Positions 16,429 through 26,121 are shown, counted from the first letter of the stretch. The stretch: 33,908 nucleotides of DNA from an uncultured Nitrososphaerota archaeon (GCA_964518475.1 CAZFGR010000016.1:1-33908); one strand, 5' to 3'. Notes: generated by a model from the sequence alone, not told the origin. Numbers and translations are program-made.

Positions 16429-16647
16429 TTAGGAATAAGAAATTATTAAAAAGGCTACCGCAACTCCCAGAATTACGGATATAAGTAAAATATGCCCTAA
16501 GATCTTTATTCTATATACTCGTTTAGAGGAAGCGGTTGTCGCTGCAACTTCATATATAAATAGTATGAAGGCAAAAACTAGTAAGAGCCAACCTACTATC
16601 TTGCTATACTTTGAGAGAAAGTTAACTAAAAATTTCAGACTATCCAT
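16429..16647 (-). CDS. Small 2-TM protein, OST5/TMEM258-like
   Basis: 72 aa, two TMs; FILFIYEVAAT and SVILGVAVAFL resemble TMEM258 (FFVYEVTST; SLFMGFGVLFL) as recalled; directly downstream of proS. Confidence 0.55.
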   Translation of the reverse strand: MDSLKFLVNFLSKYSKIVGWLLLVFAFILFIYEVAATTASSKRVYRIKILGHILLISVILGVAVAFLIISYS

Positions 16648-16660
16648 TCAGCATCAATCC

Positions 16661-18106
16661 TCAGTAAGTTCTTGCAATCACAATTTTATATTTAGCTGGT
16701 TTATCACAATTTATACAAGTAGGGCTAGAAGCTTTCTTTGGATTTAAATCTTGATCCAAACGAATTCCTAGCAATCTTGCCTCCACTTCCTCCTGTAATT
16801 CCATCCCACATTCCTCCGAGCCACACCAATCAGCTTCTACAACATATCCATTATTTATCGTACTAATAGCTTCCTCAACGTTTCTTACGTTCTTGATCAT
16901 ACTTTCAAAAAATTCGATTGCTCTTCTTTTCATATCCTCCCACATTCTGCTAAGGATCTCCTTAGTTTTCTCTATGAATTCATTTTCTCTGACGTTATAA
17001 CGTTCTAATGTATCCCTTCGGACAATTGTAACTGATCCTTTCTGGAGATCTTTAGGCCCTATCTCAATTCTTAATGGAACTCCCTTTAATTCCCATTTAT
17101 AGTACTTCGAACCAGGTGTATCTGGTGAATCATCGAGAACGCACCGAAATCCTTTTTTGATTAATTTCTCCGAGATTTCTCTAGCTTTTTGCATAATTTC
17201 TTTTTCGAAATCTTTGTAGAGAATTGGGATGACAACGATTTGTATAGGTGCTACATGCGGGGGGAATACAGGCCCGTGATCATCTCCATGTATTGCAAGT
17301 AAGGCCGTAATCACTCGACCCGAAACACCAAAACACATTTGCCATACGTATTCAATGCGTCCATTGGGCATTTGAACTTTGATGTCAAACGCCTTAGAGA
17401 AGTTTTGACCAAGATTATGGACAGTACCTATTTGCAGCGTCCTTCCATTTGGTAAGATTGTATCAAATGCTATTGTGTAGACAGCCCCAGGGAATTTATC
17501 CCAATTGGGCCTTCTCGTTATTAACGCAGGGATACCTAACCAATCAAAGAACTCCTTATAGATACTTACCGCTTTTTTTACTTCTTTCTCATTTTCTTCA
17601 GCAGTCGCAAACGCTGAATGACTTTCAAAGAAAGTCGTAATTTCGCGCTCTCTATAGAGAGGATGTGTAGCCTCTGTTTCATATCTAAATACGTTAACTA
17701 TTTGGAAGATTCGAAGAGGCAGATCCGAATAACTATTAAGCCACAAAGAGAACATATAATACATAGCTGTTTCTGATGTAGGTCTTAAAACGTATTTTCT
17801 GTCTAATTCTTTACTACCACCTCTAGTAACCCAAAATACCTCTTTCTCAAATGATGCCACATGCTCGCTCTCTTTCCTGAATAGATCCTCAGGAATTAAT
17901 GTTGGAAATAAGACCTCCCTATAACCCGCCCTTTTTTGCAGTTCTTTTAAATAATTATAGACTCTTTCTCTTAACTCGAAACCATACGGAAGCCACACCC
18001 CCGTTCCTTTTACTGGATACCGATAATCGTAAATTTCTGCTTTCAGCAGTACGTTTTCATACCATCCAGAAAAGTTCTTCCAGTTATCACGGGGGATTTC
18101 TTTCAT
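16661..18106 (-). CDS. proS: Prolyl-tRNA synthetase (archaeal/eukaryotic type)
   Basis: YPVKG..VW.PYG, LRPTSET, FRYET, GTVHNLGQNFSKAF, WELKGVPLRIEIGP, C-terminal ARTY. Confidence 0.97.
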   Translation of the reverse strand: MKEIPRDNWKNFSGWYENVLLKAEIYDYRYPVKGTGVWLPYGFELRERVYNYLKELQKRAGYREVLFPTLIPEDLFRKESEHVASFEKEVFWVTRGGSKELDRKYVLRPTSETAMYYMFSLWLNSYSDLPLRIFQIVNVFRYETEATHPLYREREITTFFESHSAFATAEENEKEVKKAVSIYKEFFDWLGIPALITRRPNWDKFPGAVYTIAFDTILPNGRTLQIGTVHNLGQNFSKAFDIKVQMPNGRIEYVWQMCFGVSGRVITALLAIHGDDHGPVFPPHVAPIQIVVIPILYKDFEKEIMQKAREISEKLIKKGFRCVLDDSPDTPGSKYYKWELKGVPLRIEIGPKDLQKGSVTIVRRDTLERYNVRENEFIEKTKEILSRMWEDMKRRAIEFFESMIKNVRNVEEAISTINNGYVVEADWCGSEECGMELQEEVEARLLGIRLDQDLNPKKASSPTCINCDKPAKYKIVIARTY

Positions 18107-18257
18107 TCTATCTCCTCTCTTACTAAACTCTCTCTCCTATATTTCTTAAAGTTCCTCAAACGCTGTCATAAAACTTATGGATGCAAATCCTTGTTAAACC
18201 GTAATATAATGAGACACTTCTTAAACGGATTAATGGGATTAAAGCCGTGTGTTCTAC

Positions 18258-18671
18258 CTAAACGGGGAAGATGCTTAAAATTAAGATCCCTAGAATGATC
18301 GTGGTTAATAGGATCAACATCCATTTCTTGTAAACTTTTGTTTCTACTTCCGCTTCTAGCAGAGCTTTCGCTTCTTCTAGAGTGATTTCTAATTTTTCTG
18401 CAAATTCCTTCGCTCTAGTATCGAGCCTTAATTTCTCTTTAAGAAGTTGCACACGCAGGGATAAACTAGTACTAAATAGAAGAACCACGGTAAGGAGAAA
18501 AAATACTGCTCTCCCTTGAATCTTCATTATATACCAGTATCCAAAGCTAATTATCGTTAATACTCCAGTCACGAGCATGTACACACTAAGCATTTTTTCG
18601 ATACGTGTTTTACCCAAAAATACTCGTTCAAATAGATTCTTGGCATTACTTGCTTTTTCATAGTGACTCAT
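18258..18671 (-). CDS. Hypothetical membrane protein (3 TM, internal charged helix)
   Basis: 137 aa, three hydrophobic segments, RBS-like GGGG upstream, co-directional with the upstream phosphoesterase. Confidence 0.7.
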   Translation of the reverse strand: MSHYEKASNAKNLFERVFLGKTRIEKMLSVYMLVTGVLTIISFGYWYIMKIQGRAVFFLLTVVLLFSTSLSLRVQLLKEKLRLDTRAKEFAEKLEITLEEAKALLEAEVETKVYKKWMLILLTTIILGILILSIFPV

Positions 18672-18683
18672 AGAGCTACCCCT

Positions 18684-19478
18684 TTAATCCATAATTGGCG
18701 TTAAATCCAACAAGAGAAAACTTCTATTAAGAATTTTTGCTTGAAGAGACGGAAAGGGAGATCTAGCTAATATTTCATTTTTTGGCAATGCCCTTAGATC
18801 ACTTCCTACTATTATTTCGCTAAAAGCAGGCATTATAATCCATTTATATTTTCTCTTCAAAAATTCAATATCAAAAATCGCCCACACCTTCACTTTTATT
18901 CCTGGCGCAATTGAGACGGCGGGATGCATATGAGAAGAAATAACTATCAGCCCTTTTCGATATTTCTCAAAAAGCCCCTTATCTAACTTCATATGCCCAT
19001 GAGTAATTATTATAGGCCTTGCACTCTTACGCGGCTGTATTAAAACACTCTTTGCAATAACCACTTTTGATGCATATTCTTTTTCTAAGAGAATTTCCTC
19101 AATACGACCATCATGATTTCCTTTAACGATAAAGATCTTATCAAAAATTTTCAAAACTTCTCTTAGAAAAAGTTCTATCATCTCCCTCTCTACCCTAGAC
19201 TTAAGTGGCCCAATTCTCTCTTTTATATCCCCCGTCAGAATAAGTTTATGAGCCTTTACAAGATCCCTTAATTTTTTTACCCGCTCAATAAGGTTTTCAA
19301 CGAATGTTCTATGAAATGCGAAATCTTTCGATATAATAGCACCAATATGAAGATCTCCTATAACAAGAAAACCAGGATTAACAAATATTGCTGGCTCCTC
19401 TTTAATAGGTTGAATACTTTCGACTTCGTCCCTAACAATTACTATATTTCTAACAGTTGTTAATCGTCCCATTCGCAT
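18684..19478 (-). CDS. Calcineurin-like metallophosphoesterase (ICC-like)
   Basis: GDLHIG, TGD.K, GNHD, HGH, HMHP, MPAF motifs. Confidence 0.9.
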   Translation of the reverse strand: MRMGRLTTVRNIVIVRDEVESIQPIKEEPAIFVNPGFLVIGDLHIGAIISKDFAFHRTFVENLIERVKKLRDLVKAHKLILTGDIKERIGPLKSRVEREMIELFLREVLKIFDKIFIVKGNHDGRIEEILLEKEYASKVVIAKSVLIQPRKSARPIIITHGHMKLDKGLFEKYRKGLIVISSHMHPAVSIAPGIKVKVWAIFDIEFLKRKYKWIIMPAFSEIIVGSDLRALPKNEILARSPFPSLQAKILNRSFLLLDLTPIMD

Positions 19479-19600
19479 TTACACTCCGTTAGGGACTACT
19501 TTACGTCCTTCTTAAAACAACTTATTTTTCAACTTCTTCTCAAAAACAACGTATAGTCTCAACATTTAATGCCGATGGAGCAGGGAGCTAGAAGAGCTAG

Positions 19601-19683
19601 TGCCGGGGGCGGGACTCGAACCCGCGAGGCGTAATCGCCACCGGCTCTCCAGGCCGGCGCCGTTCCAACTCGGCAACCCCGGC
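19601..19683 (-). tRNA. tRNA-Ser(GGA), unusual A73, CCA not encoded
   Basis: GCCGGGG/CCCCGGC acceptor, CCGGC-CT-GGA-GA-GCCGG, long variable arm GGCG-ATTA-CGCC. Confidence 0.92.
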
Positions 19684-19824
19684 ATGTTTAGTCAATTTTT
19701 ATTTTCTAGGGATCCCTGCCTATTGCTATCCTATCCTAATAAACTAACTATTCTTCAATCGCTCACTACTTAAATCTTAACACCAATTCTAGATTATTTT
19801 TATACTAATTGTTGAGGTGATTCT

Positions 19825-20589
19825 ATGGAGTATCTCTCCCAAGAATTTCTTTATTTTTTCATAGTCTTCATGATACCATTTATCCTTATAGTTATTCTTC
19901 CATTCCTTATCTCGTACATAAAAGGGGAGAAAGATCTTAAACGAGCCGTTAATACTTACATTAAAAGTCTTAGAAAAATACAGAAAACAGTTTTAAGTAA
20001 CAAACTCGCGGATCATAAACTCCTAAGATCAAAATTATCAATCAATTATACAATTAAGATTACAGAGCCCCCATCAACAATAAATGCTGAAATCTCTCTA
20101 ATTGAACGTCGCACTTACGTTTACTATCTGTATAGGCTATTCAAACCTCTCCCAGACATTTTAATAATTCGAGCTAATTTAGAGGCTCCCTCGCCAGTAG
20201 TACCTGTCTATATCATACCTCGTCACAGAAAAAAGTTGATAAACAAATTGATGCCGTACCTGGCTGAATTGAAAGAAATACGGATAAAAGGGTTAAGTGA
20301 GAAAGCAATTATTGTTAGTTCAGAACCACGTTATGCTGTCCAATATTTTACACAAAAAACATTAACGAAAATATCGTTCTTACTACCTCATTTAAATTTC
20401 CTTTTCATTGATTCAGCGGCACCGAATATAGAAATAAACACCTCATTACAAGAAAAGACTTGTTCCTCGATTTTTAATATATCATTTACTTTATGTCTGG
20501 AACTACTAGATCGAATTGCGAAAAGCAAGAAAGGAGGAAAAGAAACAGATACTTTAAAGTACCTCAGAAGAGTCTTGCTAAGCCTCTAA
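19825..20589 (+). CDS. Single-pass membrane protein, candidate CCDC47 (PAT complex, DUF1682)-like
   Basis: GGTGA RBS, N-terminal TM ending SYIKGEK, colinear similarity to the recalled CCDC47 globular domain. Confidence 0.55.
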   Translation: MEYLSQEFLYFFIVFMIPFILIVILPFLISYIKGEKDLKRAVNTYIKSLRKIQKTVLSNKLADHKLLRSKLSINYTIKITEPPSTINAEISLIERRTYVYYLYRLFKPLPDILIIRANLEAPSPVVPVYIIPRHRKKLINKLMPYLAELKEIRIKGLSEKAIIVSSEPRYAVQYFTQKTLTKISFLLPHLNFLFIDSAAPNIEINTSLQEKTCSSIFNISFTLCLELLDRIAKSKKGGKETDTLKYLRRVLLSL

Positions 20590-20608
20590 AGGAATCAAGA
20601 ATAGTAAA

Positions 20609-21709
20609 TTATGTAACTTCTTCGTCCATCTCTTCTCTTTCTTCTAACTCTCCCTCTAATCCCTCCAGAAGCACCTCTGCTTGTTCTTCTTCACTCATCT
20701 GCAAAAACTGCTCCAGAAATTCATCCGTGAGTAATCCGTGCTCAACCAAAAATTCCAAGTCTCTATAGTCGAGTTTGCCCTCTTCCATGATTTTAGCTCG
20801 AATCTCTTGTAATCTTCGTTGTATTAGTTTCTTAAGCTCTTCTTTTCTTCTCAGTTCTTCTTTTTCTTCTCTAAGTTTACTGATCCTTCTTAGTGTTAGC
20901 ATTATTTTTTGCCGGATATCCCGTATTTTCGCTAGAGCGTCATTTATTTTAGCTATTTCTTCACGAATCTCCTGAACTTTTGCATGATGTTGATCTGCTT
21001 CACTCTTTTTCTCATCCCTTATTTTTGCAAGTTCCGCTATTTTTTCATCTATTCGTCTTCTTTCTTCGTAGTAAATAGCTAAGGATCTCCTTATTGCCGT
21101 TAAGTCAGATTTATACTTCTCCAACTCTTGTCTTAGCTTCTGCAATTGCTTCCATTGTTCCTCTTGTTGTTTCAAAATTTTTAGCTTCTCCGACAATCTT
21201 AAAATACGTTCTGTTATTCTTTTCTCTATGATATCAGGCAATGTCTGCGTTTGTAAAGCCCATTCTAGCCGTTCTATCTGAGCCTGAAGCCTTTGTAACT
21301 CTCTCCTATTAAATCCCTTTATTTCACGCTCAATACTTTCCACTTGCTTACTTAGCTCCTTTATTTTTTCCCGAATCTGATTGCCTTCATTTCTTTTCTC
21401 ATTAATAAATTTCTGAAGCTCTCTTCTGCGCTCTCGCAGCTGTCTAATAGCTTGCGCTACTTCTCTGACTTTCTCATTTAATTCATTCCTCTTAGCTCGC
21501 TCATCCCTTAATATAGATATCAATTCTCTTCTTTTCTCAATTAATTTTCGAGAAATCTCTCTTAGTTCATGAAATTTTTTGCTTAATTCTCGAGATAATT
21601 GTCTTAGATCCTTATCAACTAATTCCTCGGGTGTAGCCGTTAACACTTTTTGCACTTCTTCTGGTATTTTTAGTGCGATCTGAACCTCCTCTAGCAGTTC
21701 TTTCGCCAT
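20609..21709 (-). CDS. Archaeal coiled-coil protein (COG1340-like)
   Basis: Long heptad pattern; IERLEWALQTQTL...EK.I..RI..L motif; A...H..V; acidic tail. Confidence 0.8.
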   Translation of the reverse strand: MAKELLEEVQIALKIPEEVQKVLTATPEELVDKDLRQLSRELSKKFHELREISRKLIEKRRELISILRDERAKRNELNEKVREVAQAIRQLRERRRELQKFINEKRNEGNQIREKIKELSKQVESIEREIKGFNRRELQRLQAQIERLEWALQTQTLPDIIEKRITERILRLSEKLKILKQQEEQWKQLQKLRQELEKYKSDLTAIRRSLAIYYEERRRIDEKIAELAKIRDEKKSEADQHHAKVQEIREEIAKINDALAKIRDIRQKIMLTLRRISKLREEKEELRRKEELKKLIQRRLQEIRAKIMEEGKLDYRDLEFLVEHGLLTDEFLEQFLQMSEEEQAEVLLEGLEGELEEREEMDEEVT

Positions 21710-21956
21710 TTTATTGCACCTTCACCATGCTTAGAATTCCTTTAACTATACATCCTCTTTAGCTATCGCTTCAAATGTATTTTAAACTTATCATCAGAAA
21801 AATGATGACCCTCTTATTATCAAAGTATGTCTTTAGCTCATTCTATGTTGTCCCTTTAAGCACTCTTAAGAAATATTTTAAGGATGTACCATCTTCATTA
21901 GTTTGTTAAAGTGAAACCAAGTACTTTCCACCATATTAGCAAAATCTAACCAACTT

Positions 21957-24629
21957 GTGGTGCATCTAATGGTATCAGAGGATATCGAAGAAGGGATAGA
22001 CATAAGAAAACTCGACTATCTCCTGCCTCCAATGATAATTGATAGATTATCGTCACTTGGGATTATTAGACTTCGACAATTTCAGGTAAAGGCTTTAGAA
22101 GTAGGCCTTCAAGGTAAAAATCTCCTAGTCATAGCTCCGACAGGATCCGGAAAAACTCTCGTTGGTGAATTATTAGCCACTACGAATTTTATTCAGCGTA
22201 AAAAGAAGAGCCTTTTCCTAGTACCCTATAAAGCATTAGCTGAAGAGCTAAAAAATACGTTAGAGCAAAGATATCCATTTGTAAGACTTGGGATATCTAC
22301 GGGAGATTACCGCGAAATCTCGATTAAACGTCTGGGACACGAATATGACCTAATGATAGTAACGTATGAGAAAGCAGATATGATAAGACGTGAAAAACCT
22401 TCTTGGTTATCTAATGTTGGCCTTATAGTTATTGATGAGATACACTTAATAGGGGAAAGTGACCGCGGAGCTCTTCTGGACGCTGTAGTAACAAAATTTC
22501 GTGAATTAAACATTCAAATAATTGCTCTTTCCGCCACTATTTCTAATCCAGAAGAACTTGCTGAATGGTTAGGAGCTGAAATAATTCAAAGCAATTATAG
22601 GCCAGTGAAACTTCTAGAGGGTGTGTATCTCCCCAAGGCCACTAAAATATATTACTATGATCCAAAACCAGAAGAAGCCGAAGAGATCTTAATTAAAACG
22701 CCTAATGAAAACTCGGAAAGAACCCCGAGTCAGACAAGCATCTACTCTTTTTTCTCTGAGAAAAAACTTAAAGATATGTTAAAAAGCGTCCTTGGACCAT
22801 CTATAGAGATAGAGGAAGTGAGAGAAGGCTTCGGTAAGATAATAAAACGAGAGCTTTCGCATGATAATCTTTCAGAAACACTAATGAACATATTTTATGA
22901 TAGGTTAGGACACGGGAAGATAGGCTTTTATTCTATTAGAAAAGCGCCTCTTAGCGGTAAAGGCTTTTCAAAATACATCCTTGATTTAACCTATGATCTT
23001 TTATCCTCAGCAAAAAAATATGGTATTAGCTGGCAAATATTGATATTCCGCCGTTCTAGGAAACTATCACAAACAACTGCGGAAAAAATAGCAAACATGC
23101 TCGAAAAAACTGGTCTTACAAAGCTATTCCCAGACGCTCCAAAAATTGCTCGTGAATTACTTAATACTGTAGATGAAATTACACCATTAACAGAAAATTT
23201 AGCGAATGTTTTAAAAAGAGGAGTAGCTTTCCATCATGCTGGCTTAACTAGGGAGGAAAGAGCTATAGTGGAAAAAGCCTTTAGGGATAGAAAAATAGGT
23301 GTAATAGTAGCCACACCCACGCTAGGAGCTGGCATAAACCTACCAGCTCGGCGAGTAGTTATTGAGCATATCATGTACGATCCAATACTGGGTAGAAATG
23401 TCCTCATTAGTGTTGCTCATTATAAACAAAGAGCTGGAAGAGCTGGACGCCCTGGGTTAGACACTGTAGGTGAATCAGTCTTAATAGCTAGTAAAGAACA
23501 GGAACTCATAGAATTTTTCGATCACTATATTTTTGGTCAACCAGAGCCCATAAGTTCTTTCTTAGGTGCTCATCTTCCTATTTTACGTTCACAAGTACTC
23601 GCATATATTGTTTCCGAAGCCGACATAAAGCCCAGTTTAAAGGATGTTCTATCATTCTTTAAACGAACGTTTTATTATTGGCAAGCATTAAGGCGAAATG
23701 ATCTTTATGCTTTAGTATCTTTGGAGGATAATCTGATAAGATGTCTCCAAGAACTTATTTCATGGGGATATTTGGAGGTTTTTAAAGAAGGTAGGAAATT
23801 ACAACCGAACGAGGCAACTAAGAAACTAAAAAATGATACTGAACTATATTTTCAGCCAACCCTAATAGGAAGGAAAATCTCTCAGCTATATCTTGATCCA
23901 GTATCGGCTCGAGAGATAATCGAAGTTCTATTGCACTGGAAAGAAATGGGAAAAGAGAGAATCTCCGAGTTACTTTTGGCAATAAGTCGGACACCAGATT
24001 TGGCCCCGATGCGGGCTAAATTATTAAGCAACATAAAAACTCTTGCGAAATTTATATTAGAGACGCTCTCTAGCTTTAAAAACGACAATATACTTCCACC
24101 CCTTATTCCTAAGAAGATACTGAACGTTTTAGAAAAACTTTCTAAGAGGCAGTACATAGAATTATCTCCTGCAGAAGAGGAATTACTGTCTGCTATAGGT
24201 ATCACGTCTTTACTATTTCTATGGATAAATGAAGTACCAGTAAAGGACATTTTAACACCATTCTCTCCTAACTTTAGTGGAGGTGATTTTAGAGAGCTTA
24301 TTAGGATTAGTGAATGGCTATTATATTGTGCTAAAGAACTAGCTAGCATCTTAAGGCTTCCTCCACCAGTTATAAAGAGAATAGACATTCTAAGAAGTCG
24401 TATAGAATATGGAGTTACTGAAGACTTACTAGAACTTGTTAAAATTCCCGAGATCGGCCGCGTACGCGCTCGCAGACTTAAGCAGTATGGATTCGATAGT
24501 CTGGAAAAACTAGCTAAGGCATCTGTAGCACGATTATCTCTGATCCCCGGTATCGGAGAAAAGCTAGCCAAAAAGATTATAGAATATGCTAATGTCTCAT
24601 TAAGGAAGAAAAGTAATCTTCTCCCATAA
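21957..24629 (+). CDS. hel308: Ski2-like DEAD/DEAH DNA helicase Hel308/Hjm with large insertion
   Basis: APTGSGKT, TYEK.D, DEIH, LSAT, RPVKL, GVAFHHAGL, GINLPARRV, QRAGRAGRPG.D, C-terminal HhH (IGRVRARRL, IPGIG). Confidence 0.9.
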   Translation: MVHLMVSEDIEEGIDIRKLDYLLPPMIIDRLSSLGIIRLRQFQVKALEVGLQGKNLLVIAPTGSGKTLVGELLATTNFIQRKKKSLFLVPYKALAEELKNTLEQRYPFVRLGISTGDYREISIKRLGHEYDLMIVTYEKADMIRREKPSWLSNVGLIVIDEIHLIGESDRGALLDAVVTKFRELNIQIIALSATISNPEELAEWLGAEIIQSNYRPVKLLEGVYLPKATKIYYYDPKPEEAEEILIKTPNENSERTPSQTSIYSFFSEKKLKDMLKSVLGPSIEIEEVREGFGKIIKRELSHDNLSETLMNIFYDRLGHGKIGFYSIRKAPLSGKGFSKYILDLTYDLLSSAKKYGISWQILIFRRSRKLSQTTAEKIANMLEKTGLTKLFPDAPKIARELLNTVDEITPLTENLANVLKRGVAFHHAGLTREERAIVEKAFRDRKIGVIVATPTLGAGINLPARRVVIEHIMYDPILGRNVLISVAHYKQRAGRAGRPGLDTVGESVLIASKEQELIEFFDHYIFGQPEPISSFLGAHLPILRSQVLAYIVSEADIKPSLKDVLSFFKRTFYYWQALRRNDLYALVSLEDNLIRCLQELISWGYLEVFKEGRKLQPNEATKKLKNDTELYFQPTLIGRKISQLYLDPVSAREIIEVLLHWKEMGKERISELLLAISRTPDLAPMRAKLLSNIKTLAKFILETLSSFKNDNILPPLIPKKILNVLEKLSKRQYIELSPAEEELLSAIGITSLLFLWINEVPVKDILTPFSPNFSGGDFRELIRISEWLLYCAKELASILRLPPPVIKRIDILRSRIEYGVTEDLLELVKIPEIGRVRARRLKQYGFDSLEKLAKASVARLSLIPGIGEKLAKKIIEYANVSLRKKSNLLP

Positions 24630-24681
24630 TACTACTAAGGCCTATTAGCATTATTTTTGCCTTATTTCTTTTATGGAAGGA

Positions 24682-25767
24682 CTATTCTACGTCTTCCGCA
24701 TCTCTAATTCCGTCATCAGCGATTTCAAAAACAACTTCGCTCTCTGGCAAGTATGGGCTATCCTCCAGTTTTGCGATTCTTTTGTTACCCTTACCCTTTC
24801 TTAAGGATACTCTTGTCGTAACATTATGTGCTAAAATATGTCCCCCAATCGCGTGCACCGGATTACCAAAGAATGTTGCAGGGTTAGTGACAACCTGATT
24901 AGTAACAACCACAGCTACATCGAACGCGAACGCAATCCTATGTAAATCGTGGATATGTACATTTAATTTTTGCTGCCTAACAGCAAGTGTATCTATCCCA
25001 ACATACTCTGCCCTAAAATGATTGGTAAGAGAATCTACAATTATTAGCTCAATATTTTGTGTCTGGATAAACTTCTTAGCTCTTCTAATAGTCTCCATTT
25101 GATGATCTGTAGAAAAAACTCGTGCTACGATGATATTTTTCAATACTTCTTCGGGGTCTAGCCCAAATCGCTTAGCTATTGGTACGACTCGTTCTGGTCT
25201 AAAAGTTCCTTCAGTATCTACATAGAGGGCTCTCCCCCCTAACCCGCCCTCCTCTTCCGGTAGCTGAACAGTAACTGCTAACGTATGACAGATCTGCGTT
25301 TTACCTGTTCTATACTCTCCATAAAACTCTGTAATTGCTTGGGTTTCTACTCCTCCACCTAGTAGTTCGTCTAAAGCTCTTGATCCAGTCGTTATTCTCT
25401 TTACATTCTTTCTCTTCTTAAGAAAATCTAGCGCTGTTTGAAATTCCAATTTCAGCGCTTCTCTAGCTGCATTAACTATTTTCTCTGCTGATTTTTCGCC
25501 AATTCCTACCTCTTCTGCTAATATACGAGGAGATGTAACCGCTATTAGTTTCAGAGACGTATAACCAGCATCAATAAGTTTAACAGCTATACTTCTTCCA
25601 ATACCAGGCAATGCTGTTAACTCTTTCAATGCCTCTTGTCTCAGTTTTTTCTCATCCATTACTTCTAAATCTCCGTTCAATTTACTTTCTTCTTTTTTAC
25701 TTTTTCCCTTATTAGTCATCTTGCTCAGCTTGCTGAGAGATTCTACAGTTAATATAAACATGAACAA
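24682..25767 (-). CDS. radA: DNA repair and recombination protein RadA
   Basis: HhH N-domain, FQTA oligomerisation motif, [45 protein letters not shown]. Likely start 25719. Confidence 0.96.
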   Translation of the reverse strand: MFMFILTVESLSKLSKMTNKGKSKKEESKLNGDLEVMDEKKLRQEALKELTALPGIGRSIAVKLIDAGYTSLKLIAVTSPRILAEEVGIGEKSAEKIVNAAREALKLEFQTALDFLKKRKNVKRITTGSRALDELLGGGVETQAITEFYGEYRTGKTQICHTLAVTVQLPEEEGGLGGRALYVDTEGTFRPERVVPIAKRFGLDPEEVLKNIIVARVFSTDHQMETIRRAKKFIQTQNIELIIVDSLTNHFRAEYVGIDTLAVRQQKLNVHIHDLHRIAFAFDVAVVVTNQVVTNPATFFGNPVHAIGGHILAHNVTTRVSLRKGKGNKRIAKLEDSPYLPESEVVFEIADDGIRDAEDVE

Positions 25768-25938
25768 CTAATTGTAAGAAAAAGCTGAAATATCGATTTA
25801 AATTTTCGCATGTATCTCTTTTTTCGAAAATAATTGTGAAAGTAAACATTGAGGAATACTACGTGTTAGATTAAAATCTTAAGACATTAGTAACATTTAG
25901 AATTGGTTAGAGAAGGTCCACTACATTCTTTACGAGTC

Positions 25939-26121
25939 TTACCTTCTCCTCTTTGGTTGTCCCCATCTTAATCCTAAGACAAATCTTTTGTAGTATTTCT
26001 CTCGATTATTAACTCTAGGAGGAGGAGTATGTCTCTCCTTTGGTACAATACCTAACGCTTTCATTGCTTCAAGAGTCGCCCTTCTTACTTTCCCAGCCTT
26101 ATCAAGGGATCCATGCGTCAA
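25939..26121 (-). CDS. rps30e: 30S ribosomal protein S30e
   Basis: THGSLDKAGKVR..T, PPRV.NR.KY.KRF; GGTGA RBS. Confidence 0.93.
   Translation of the reverse strand: MTHGSLDKAGKVRRATLEAMKALGIVPKERHTPPPRVNNREKYYKRFVLGLRWGQPKRRR

Noticed and set aside
22640-23030. Intein in Hel308
   Set aside because: No C/S start with HN-C/S/T end, no LAGLIDADG blocks, and not inserted in a conserved motif
23882-24571. 229-aa minus-strand ORF (and similar ORFs at 4779-5219, 14530-14913, 30818-31291)
   Set aside because: Ser/Ile/Phe-rich antisense shadows of well-supported genes
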